A DNA stretch of 64,000 bases, from positions 29,698,001-29,762,000 of the forward strand of contig OX597832.1 in NCBI GenBank assembly GCA_951406725.2. The letters run 5' to 3'. Positions within the stretch are counted from its first letter, which is position 1, and every line of letters begins with the position of its first letter. A program made the translations under genes and the position numbers. The DNA comes from Octopus vulgaris. Its lineage: Eukaryota. Below are positions 38,723 to 50,600 of the stretch, piece after piece. The notes under the pieces are model-generated. The model ran no database searches. It was given only the letters and a program-made list of their open reading frames with translations, and was not told the origin of the DNA.

Positions 38723-41559
38723 CAGTGCATTGTCAATGTGGGTGTGTGTGTGTCAGTGCATTGCCAATGTGTATGTGTATGTCAGTGCATTGTGAATGTG
38801 GGTGTGTGTGTCAGTGCATTGTCAATGTGTGTGTGTGTGCATGTATGTGTGTATGTGTGTGTGTGTGTGCATGTATGTGTGTATGTGTGTGTGTGTGTGC
38901 CAGTTGCATAAGTGGCTTTATGGATGCTAAGAAAAGGAAATTAAATAAACACAGAAAAATGAAAATTAAAAAATGTCTTTTTTTTTAAACCAAGTCAACA
39001 GAAAATAAAGGATGAGAAAAACAATTTGAAAACCTATTTTATTAAATAACATAAGAGAGGATCACATCTTGAACTGTGTCCCTCCACTACAGAGTTTACT
39101 GCTACTACAACGGTTGCTGCTCTTGTATAGTTGCCCACCTCTCCTAGTTTCACAATCTACTAACTCCTCTAAGCCATACACACACACACACACAATAGGC
39201 TTCTTTCAGTTTCTGTCTACCAAATCCACACCCAAGGTTTTGGTTAGCCCTAGGCTATAGAAGACACATGCCAGAGCCCAAGAAGCCATGCACTGGGATT
39301 GAACCCACAACCATGTGGCTGGGAAGCAAACATTTTACCACACAGCCATGTTCAGTATCTCTTTTACTCTTTACTCTTTTACTTGTTTCAGTCATTTGAC
39401 TGCGGCCATGCTGGAGCACCGCCTTTAGTCGAGCAAATCGACCCCGGGACTTATTCTTTGTAAGCCCAGTACTTATTCTATCGGTCTCTTTTGCCGAACC
39501 GCTAAGTGACGGGGACGTAAACACACCAGCATTGGTTGTCAAGCAATGCTAGGGGCACAAACACAGACACACAAACACAAACACACACACACATACACAT
39601 ATATATATACATATATATACATATATACGACAAGCTTCTTTCAGTTTCCGTCTCCCAAATCCACTCACAAGGCATTGGTCGGCCCGGGGCTATAGCAGAA
39701 GACACCTGCCCAAGATGCCACGCAGTGGGACTGAACCTGGAACCATGTGGTTGGTTAGCAAGCTACTTACCACACAGCCACTCCTGCGCCTATTTTTATT
39801 TGTTTATAATTTATTTGTTTGTTGAAATTTATTATTGAAACAGAAAATATGAAACAGACAGAAAAAAAATTAAAAAGCATTTATGTGATACATTTTGCGA
39901 TACAAAGGAAAAGCTCCCTGGTGGCCACACATGCTAGAAACAGCAACCAAATCTCCCTTAAACCAAACTGTTACTCTCTTGTAAAAGACAGAACATGTTA
40001 GACAATATAGTCCTGGATGGCCATAAAAAAAACTTGGAATGGTTAAAAACTTAATTCTGCTGTTTAATCAGGGTTGAGCTGGGATTAAGAACAACGGAAC
40101 TGGCTGCTCTCTCACCTATTCCACTGAAGCACCCACCCCACAAGCCATTTGCTTCTCCACTCTTGTTATCCTTGTTAACTCCACCTCCTCACCAGCCCAC
40201 ATTAATCACTATAGCCAATCCTTCTCCCCCAGGACATAATCCCACTGGAATCTCATCTCTGCAAATGTTGGTTGCTTTGGTTTAACCCTTTAGCATTTAA
40301 ACTGGCCGTGTCCAGCCCAAAATATTGTAGCTGCTCTATGTCCAAGCTGGCCAGATCTGGCCTCTCACACCTATCCTACAATGCCATTCTAAAAATGAAC
40401 AATCACATCATTGAAATCAGCAAAGCTATGAGGTAATGCAGGATTAATTCAAAACAATGTGAATAAATAAACATTACATTTGACAGAGAAATCTGGATGC
40501 CAAAGGGTGAAATAAAATATTAACAATATCAAGGTCGCAGGCCTCAGAAGTTCTACTAAGGTCACAAGAACTGGCCCCTTCTCCAGCTCAGAAAGCATAA
40601 GCATAAATTAAAACTACACTGTCTAGCCACGTGCAGACAACGGTCAGTGGAAAGGAAAAGGTAACTGGACACTAAATGAGAGATTAACCAAGTTTACAAA
40701 CAGTGAAGATTATAAATAGATCATCTCAGACACACACAGACACACACACACAGAACGCGGTAGTTGGTGTGTATACTTGAAGCTACTTCAATCCAAAGTA
40801 GCAGGTTGTATTAAATAGGTACCAAACAACAATTTTATGGGTGGAAAAAAGCAGAAAAAGAGAGAAAAAAAAAAACAAAAGAAAATTAAGTAGGAACAGA
40901 AGAAGAAAAAAGAAGAATATTTTGTTTGAGCGTTGGTGAATGTGTGTGTGTGTAGAAGTAGTGTGTTTAGTATGAAGCCTTACCATTTCAGCAACCTAAA
41001 GGTGACCAACACCAGAGAGAAACCAGGAACACGGCTGAACAACTGCCAACATTGAATGGGGTAGAGACTATTTATTTATTTGTTTATTTATTTATTTATT
41101 TTATTTATATCTGTGCCTGTCTAATGATCAGATTATCACCAATACCACCACCACCACCACCACCACCACCATTACACAACACTACTTCAACCACCACCAC
41201 CACCACCACAACCATTACGCAACACTACTTCAACCACCACCACCACTACCACCACCACAGTCACTGCTACTATTACCACCACTGCTACCAACATGACGCA
41301 ACAATCACCACCGCCAACGCCGACACTGTCACCACCACTACCACTGCCACCACCACCACTACCTCAACTCAGGTAATATTCCACCGTCTTGCTCTAACAT
41401 TTGTTCATACAGTCAGACAGCAGCCACCTAGTGGATATTGATTAAAATGTTAATATACACACACACATACACACATACATACATGCATAGGTAGATATAG
41501 ATATACACACACACACACATACCTAAAAACATAGAAAGGCACACAGAAATATACACACT

Positions 41560-41603
<44 letters not shown>

Positions 41604-44600
41604 TATATATACATGCACACATACACACATAGATACATACAGATACATATAGAGAGAGAGAGACCATACATTCATGCACACATTTACTAAGATATGTGCA
41701 CACATGTTCTCGGTCGTGTACATGCATATTTATACATGCATACAAATATGTGCACAACACATGTCTACACTGATATATATAAATACTAGCAGCACATACA
41801 CACACAAATCTATATATGTGCACTTATATTCACACACACACACACGTCGTCAACCAGGAGAATTCATCTACGAAGCAATTGCCCCAGCTCCCCTTTAGGG
41901 TTGGCGAAAGCAATGTGGTGGACAATGAAAAGCCTGGATGATGACAGTCAAGGCTGATCTGGAACCCAACCTACAAAGCAATCGCCCCAGCTCCCCTTCA
42001 GGGTTGGCAAAAGCGATGTGGTGGACAACGAAAAACCTGGCTGATGACAGTCAAGGCTGATCTGGAACCCAACCTAAGCACCCGTGTCTACGGCGTTCGC
42101 CGCTGGAATAAGGAGTGGTTGGAGATCATGTGGTCGTTAGCCTCAAATTGTCAGGCCTGGTTGGGGTTTGTGAGAAATGCAGCATTGAGGATGAATGAAG
42201 CCAGCTCAACCCACCCCGGGTGAATGCTGTCTCAAGACAAGAAGACACACACATATACTCTCATGTTTATATACAAAGCCAGACACACAAAGAGTTCACC
42301 TGTGGCCATACGTTTGCTACCAGTGACCCAATGCAGCCTGACATCAAACTGTTGACCAGGAAACATGAAGGACGATATTTATGGTTAGCTCAGGCCTAGG
42401 AACAGACTATAAACCTGGGTCTGGCTGATGGTAAATGCAAGATTTGAACTTGTGACATCGTAATCCAGTGTTGACTAACCCCAACCCACCTTCGAGTAGG
42501 AACCAACTCTGATAACAGGTAAACTTCCCAAAAATCAACAAATGCGTCTTAGAATTTGATCACAGATTAGAGAAATAGAATTATTTGGTTGTGACTATTT
42601 TTTTAATTGTTAAATGCAAGAATTTGAAGAAGCTCGTCGCAAGAGGAAGGGACCTTTATTAGTTTGACATGAGATCCTTTATACTCATAATAGACACAGG
42701 AGTGGCTGTGTGGTAAGTAATTTGCTTACCAGCCACATGGTTCTGGGTTCAGTCCCACTGCATGGCACCTTGGGCAAATGTCTTCAACTGGAGCCTCAGG
42801 CCAACCAAAACCTTGTAAGTGGATTTGGTAAATAGAAAACTGAAAGAAGCCCGTTGTTTGTGTGTGTGTGTGTATGCATGTCTGTGTTTGTCCCCTCACC
42901 ATCACTTGACAACCGATGTTGGTGTGTTTACGTCACTGTAACTGAGCAGTTCGACAAAAGGTACCATAAAGGCAATCAGATCCGGTTGGTTTGTCAGTGT
43001 ATTCGACAAAATGCATTATGGCATTTCAACTGACACTTAACATTCTAAGTTCAAATCTTGCCAAAGTCAACTTAGCCATTCACTCTCTTGGGGTTGTTTA
43101 AATAAAGACCAATCAAGTACTAGAGTCGACGTAATCCACTGACCCCTCTTCCTAAGGTTGCTGGCCTTGTACCATAATTTGAAACAAAGGCTGTGTGTCG
43201 GCAGAAGTGTTACAGCGTCAGACAAAATGCCTGGCAGTATTTCTTCCAATTCATTACATCATAGGTTCAAATCCTGCTGCAGTCCACTTTACCTTTCATT
43301 CCTCTGGGATCGATAAATTTAAGTACAATGGAACCTCAATTTACAGATGCCCCTAATCATGAACAAATAGGTATACAAGCAATTTTTTGAACACAAAATA
43401 TCTCAAGTGACAAACACGCAAGCCAGCAAAAACGGTTGGCACCAAACTGGGAGTATCGAAAGGAAGGGCATCAGTTGCTGTTTGGCTTCTGCTCAGTGCA
43501 AACCCCTGTTTGAATTTGCTGTGGGTTCTTTTGATTTATCCACGAGGAAAAATAGTTTGGTTTTGTGAACGAACATTTCAGGTGATGAACATCCTTCGGA
43601 AACGAATTAAATTCTAAACTGAGGTTCCACTGTACCAGTCAAGTACTGGGATCCCTTCTGACTTGGTCCCTTCATTCAGAATTACTCTTTACTCTTTTAC
43701 TTGTTTCAGTCATTTGACTGCGGCCATGCTGGAGCACCCCCTTTAATCGAGCAACTCGACCCCGGGACTTATTCTTTGTAAGCCCAGTACTTATTCTATC
43801 GGTCTCTTTTTGCTGAACTGCTAAGTGACAGGGACATAAACACACCAGCATCGGTTGTCAAGTGATGCTAGGGGGACAAACACAGACACACAAACATACA
43901 CGCACACACACACACATATATATATATATGATGGGCTTCTTTCAGTTTCCATCTACCAAATCCACTCACAAGGCTTTGGTCGGCCCGGGGCTATAGTAGA
44001 AGACACTTGCCCAAGTGGCCATGCAGTGAGACTGAACCCGGAATCATGTGGTGGGTAAACAAGCTACTTACCACACAGCCACTCCAGCTGGCCTTATTTC
44101 AAAGTTAGAAACAATTATTCTAATTATTATTATTCGCAGAAGGGAGAGGAACAGCAAATCACTCCCACTAGCTGGGATAAAGGAATCAGTGAATATAATT
44201 AGAGTAGTGTGAGATTAATTGGCGTTGATGCAGGTCAATGTGTGGGATGCAAAATGGAGGATAAAGGGGAGTGACTCTTAGGGATAATAGTTCTATAATA
44301 AGGAACAGAAACTGTCTGTGTGATCTACCAATTCCTGCCAACCAACAAACCAGTCCTAGGCACCCACCCCCAACCTACCCTCCATTATCCTACATCACTA
44401 ATCTCACAACAAACAACAACTAAAGTTTACTGGTCAAAACCTGACAATAAGAAAAACTCAAAGAGGGCGTCGTCTCCTTGGTCTGAGAGGAAACTATTGT
44501 TTAATATGTAACGACTGAACAAGGTTAACCTGAATGAGCAGAACTAAGCAAATACACACTGAGTACTGGTGGTCTGTGGGTGGGGGGGGGCAGTGACTGG

Positions 44601-47600
44601 TCACAGTGGGTGGGGGTGGGGGGATGGTGGGGGAGATGAAACCTGAAGGAATGACAAGAAGTTAAGAGATCAGATGTGACGATTGTGGACGTCACAGAAG
44701 ACAACAGATGGACACGATCGAGAATACGATTTATTGATACTGCTATTGAACTCATTCTACTTTGTGTGTGTGTGTGGGGGGGGGATAGGTGAAATAATAT
44801 TCGTTCGATAAATTAAAAAGTTACGCACATGAACTACGCACTTACGGTATTACAGCTTAGTTAATCTATACGTAAAAAATAATCCAGAACAAGAGTGTGT
44901 CCGGTACATTGTTTATTTCAGTTCAGTCAGCGACACACATTGAGAGCAAGTAGGGTCAGTATTCTGAATCCCCAGACCCTCTTCCTGCCCAAATGGAACT
45001 CCCTGCTCTGCGGATCAGATCACTAGCTAACCTGCAGTGAAGTCCCTGTCTACAGTTTGTCCGTTATCAGCCCATTGGCAGTGCCCTACAGTACCATCTG
45101 ATTCAGTGGTTTTCAACCAATGTCCACATGGCCCCTGGGAGGGGAGGGTCCACATAAGATTTCATTGTTCAAATTTATATGCTATAAATTGCTTATTCTT
45201 CCACAACATAAAAAATGTTTTAACAAATTTTTTATACAATCCCTAATAATGTTTAACCCTTTCGTTACCAACCCAGGTGAAACCGCCTCTGGCTCTGTGG
45301 TACAAATGTCTTTATTTTTCATAAGTTTTGAATTAAAATCTTCCACCAAACCTTAGTCACAATTTATGTTCCTAACACTAGCTTAATGATAACTAAGTTA
45401 TTTTACTAAATTCTTTGTTATATTTAAAATTTTTAATTTTTATATTTATGCGCCCTTTGCAAGCCTACCCAGGCTAATGGGCCCGGTTTCCCGGTTTCTG
45501 TGGCGTATGTGTTCCCCCCAGCTGGACGGGAAGTCAGTCCATCGCAGCATTGCTTAAGAAACAGGAAGAAAGAGTGAGAGAAAGTTGGGGTGAAAGAGTA
45601 CAACAGGGGTCGCCACCACCCCCTGCTGGAGCCTCATGGAGCTTTAGGTGTTTTCGCTCAATAAACACACACAACGCCTGGTCTGGGAATCGAAACCGCG
45701 ATCCTCCGACCGCGAGTCCGCTGCCCTAACCACTGGGCCATTGCGCCTCCACATATTTAAAATAATTGAGAGAAAAACAGAGCATCTCAAAATAAAAAAG
45801 GTTACGAAAGGGTCTCAACCAGGGTCCACATGGCTCCCGGAGGAAGGGGTCCACATAAGATTTTGTTGTTCAAATTTATCTGCTATACATTGTTTACACT
45901 TCCACAACATAAAAAATGTTTCAATAAATTTTCTTATACAATTCCTAATAATGTTTAATCATAGAAATAAAACAGGAATTTTTAAAACATCGAATGGCTA
46001 AGAGGGTCCACCTGAGTGAAATAGGGACCAAAGGGGTCCACAGGTAGCAAATATAAGGCGGTGCTCCAGCATGGCCACAATAATGACAAACAAGTAAAAG
46101 ACAACAGATAAAAGATGCAACATGTGCAAATAACAACCAAATATTTCTCAAATCTCATTCTACCACCTTAAAATGGGAAGGACACACTGGATAATGTAGT
46201 TCTAGATAGATGTCAAAGACAGGATGGTCACGGTTGGAATCTCTCTGATCATAAGACTGCCTGATCCGAGATGACCTGGGGTTAAGTCACCTATTTACAA
46301 TAAGCTGAAAAAGATCGTTAAGACTTACTTTCTTTCGAATTGTAAAGTAACTCCTTGTTGATATGAGAAACTTTTCAGGACCTGAAAGTTATGGTCTGTA
46401 GACAAACTGAATTAGTGCTAAGGTAGACATGGCCACCTGCAGCCTTTGGAATTTATAGAAAGTAATAACAGGTTTAGAATTTAGCAGAAAACTAAACCCA
46501 GTAAGATGAATGTGAAATGACTAATTAATTATATTGATGATGACAGCAATGTTTGGTGATGACACTGATGACAACTTTGATGATAATGGTGAAAACAACG
46601 ATAATTATAATGATGAGGACAAAAGCAATTATTGATAAAATAAAACAACGAAATAATTATCACCAGAATTAGTTTTTGGTAAAGCACCAAAATAACTATT
46701 GGGAAATCCCTTCACCGTTATTATTATTATTATTATTATTATGAAAAACAAGAATATTTATTGTGAAATACTCGTTATTTCATAAGGATTTCCTAGTAAA
46801 TAAATACCGTAATTGTTTCACATCACTAAGTGTTTAAGCGGTCTGTGAAGTACTTATTGTTGTAGTTGTACAACAAAAAATATTTCATAAATGGTTATTG
46901 TAAAATCTTTATATATAAAAGAGAGGTTGTGTGCTGTCTGTCTCCTACGATTTAGATTCCTAACTACTCCCACATTTTGCGGTGCAGTGTAACCAAAACC
47001 GGGTATCTTATAGTCGTGATTCATATCGAGCCCTTCTGGGTATTAGCGCGCGTCTACGATGAGTCTACGATTTTAAAAAAAATTTACCATCATTTTTTTC
47101 CATTTTAATGCATTCTTTTCGCTATTATATAAGGGAAGTAACTCTCTAAAAATGTCTACGATGAGTCAACGATTTAAAAAAAAATTTACCATCATTTTTT
47201 CCCCATTTTTAATGCATTTTTTTTCTATTTTTTGGCTATAACTCTCTAAAAATGCTTATATAGTTATTTCTCTTACAAACCCGAGCAACGCCGGGCAATA
47301 CTGCTAGTTAGAAATAAATAAATAAAAATTTCAAAAAGTCGTTATAAAATACTTACAATAATAAAACTGTAATAGGTTTTCCGAGTTGCTTAGCAACGTC
47401 TTCAGTTGGCTGGAGGTAATGTGTTGGTGTAGACTCTGACATAACCATATGTGGCCCTTAGAAAGACCTTCAGGATTAGGGGACATACGCTGGATGCCTT
47501 CGATGAATGGACCTAAGACAGGGTCAAGCCATTTCACCTGTTTTATAAATGGCCAGAAGTCAGCATTTTCTAATTCATCCTGGGGAGAAATAACAACAAC

Positions 47601-50600
47601 AACAACAATAATAATAATAATAATAATGGTGGTTTCAAATTTTGACAAAAGGCCAAAATAATAATAATAATAATAATCCTTTCTACTATAGGCACAAAGC
47701 CTGGAATTTTTTTGAGGGGAGGGAGAGAGTCAATCACATCGACCCCAGTACTTGAGTGGTACTTAATTTATCAACCCAAAGTCAATCTTAGCGGAATTTG
47801 AACTCAGAACATAGTTACGAGCAAAATACCGCTAAGCATTTCGTCTGGTGTGCTAATGGTTAATGATAATTATTTTATTGATCACAAAGGTTTACATTAG
47901 GAAAAAAAGGTATTATGGACAGCACAGGACAAAACAAAGAATGTGTGTGTGTGTGTGTGTTGTGAGGAGCATGTAAACAAGACTAACATAATGAAAAGAA
48001 AAAGTTCAACAGGAGTGGCTGTGTGGTAAGTAGCTTGCTAATCAATGACATCATTCCGGTTCAGTTCCACTGTGTGGCACCTTGGGGAAGTGTCTTCTAC
48101 TATAGCCTCAGGCCAACCAAAGCCTTGTGAGTAGATTTGGTAGAGGGAAACCGAAAGAATCCCGTCGTATATATGTATACACTTATCAAGTATTCATTCT
48201 AAATTTACAGTTCCTATTGTATATATGTGTGTGTGTGCGTGTGTGTGTGTCTCCCCAACATCGCTTGACAACCAATGCTGGTGTGTTTACGTCCCGTAAC
48301 TTAGCGGTTCGGCAAAATAGACCAATAGAATAAGTACTAGGCTTACAAAGAATAGGTCCTGGGATTGATTTGCTCGACTAAAGGTGGTGCTCCAGCATGG
48401 CCACAGTCAAATGACTGAAACAAGTAAAAGAGTAAAAGAGTTGTCTTCAATAGGGAGGAGACGTTTGAGGGCTACTCATGGAAAAACCCCACAAAAACCA
48501 TGGGTTCCCTGACTTTTGGGACAGGTGCCTCTTTTATCTTTTCTCCAACTACAGGCGCATGACCCTTTAGCATTCAGATTATAGCACTGACCCTTTACCA
48601 TTCAGATTACTCCCCCAAATGTGATGCTTGTTTATTCACGGTGTCTCAAACTAATCATGCATTATCCCATAGCTTTGAGATTTCAATTATGTTACCATTT
48701 CTTTTAGAATGACATTGTAAGGTAGGTGTGAGAGGCCTGACTTGGTTAGTTTGCACATAAAACGGAGAGAATATCTGGGCCTGCTATGGCCAGTTAAAAT
48801 GCTAAAAGGTTTACAAAATGTAGTAGTACTTATAGTATGGCAGCAGTACTATACATAGTAAATATACTACATCCTACTATAAATTCATTCATTCATTCAT
48901 TCAGTTCTCATTGTGCTTTGTGGCACTTGAGGCAACAGCAAGATCATTCCACCTTCTAATACTGAAAAGCCTCTTTGACAGCTTGTTCCATTGTTAACCC
49001 TCTGCTTTTAAGATCTTTTGTTATGTTTCCTTTCGTCGGCCACGCCTTCTTTTACTTTGGAAAACCCATTTATTCAGCTGAATAAAATTACTGCCGTTGT
49101 TTGTCAACAAGAACTTCCGGCATGTATATTTCGTTTGTCACTGTTATTTATGACAACCATAACCCTAAAACCTTAACCCTAAAACTAAAACCTTAATACC
49201 AGTACAAACGCACGAACGATGTCATAAATAACAGTGACAAATGAAAAATACACTGCCGGAAGTTCTTGTTGACAAACAACAGCAGTAATTTTATTCAACT
49301 GAATACACGTCATTGATTGGTTGAAATTACCGAAATACTACAACTCTAACATGAAATAACTTTGTAAATATAAGTTTTTCTCAAAAATGGTAAGAGTAAA
49401 AGATGTTTTACATGACACATTTTACCAGTGTCTGAAGTTTGAAAGTGTTTAGTTACAAAAAAATTTTTTTTTAAATCTGTACGTCAAAATGTCAAGATCC
49501 TATGAATGCAGTCTTTATCATAATAGTAATACTCCACAGCAGTATAATAGAATAGCAGAGGTAATACTATAGTCATGTTACGGTAGTAGTCGTCGTAGAA
49601 GTAGTAGTAGTATATCTATTACAAGTGATAATAATGAGGTTTGTAATAAAGCATTACACTTAGTGTCTAGTAACGAGAAAATATTTCAACGAAATAACAA
49701 GAATCACATTATTATTAGAATTAATTAAAGTATAAAGGTTAACTTAGACAGCATTATCTGTGTAAAACACTAATTGACAGATAGCAACAGCCATGGCAAC
49801 AGTGACAACAACAACAACACTAATAATAACAACAGAACAACAAAGGTGGGTGTTTGGCTTTTAAAAACTGCTAAGTCATTCTGTTGTGAGACAGGAGTAA
49901 AAACAACAGTTCAGGAAGAATAAGCAGGCCATGGTGTGTCTATGAAAATGTAATCCATTATTACAACACCAGAGACTTAGGAGGTAAAGCAAGTGTAGTG
50001 AATCACTCGATGGGCAGGGTTATAAGCAATCCAACCATGACTATCTTGTATAGTTTTAGGTACAATTTACCACTGATTAAATTGCGTTCTTTTTTAAAAA
50101 CTAGCATGTTGTGATTTGAGGTATCACCACTACAATTTCCATTTGATTTTTTGATGTTGACGTACTTGACTCAATAGGTCTCCTCAAGAACAGCGGGTCA
50201 CTCTACGATCCAAGGTTAGCACAGCAGGCCGTCCTGCGAGCCATGGACTCACTTCATTTGTCGGGTCTTCACAGTCACAGCATATTTCCAGAGGTCTCGG
50301 TCTTTCATCATAGCCTGTGTGAGACTCAAAGTACGAAGGTCATGCTTGACCACCTCATCCCATGTCTTCCTGGGTCTACCTATACCCCGGATTCCTTCCA
50401 TTGAGCTGAATGGGTATCAAGCATTGCTGGAGCAATTGGTGGTTGCACAATTTGACACAAATAAGATATTACCAATGTTAAACCGATTCACTAAAATCCA
50501 TCACAGCAAGTTAGGGCCAAACAGCAGAATGTCATAGAAGGGTCAACTAATGAGAATTGGTATGTTATTGGTGTGAGAAACAAATGGTTTACTACTGTAT

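Noticed and set aside
38435-38830. CRISPR-like repeat-spacer array
   Set aside because: The spacers are only (GT)n, the context is a eukaryotic intron and there are no cas genes; it is a minisatellite.
40984-40995. 12-nt microexon (tttag|gttgctgaaatg|gtaagg)
   Set aside because: In the required phase 1 it reads TGT TGC TGA, an immediate stop.
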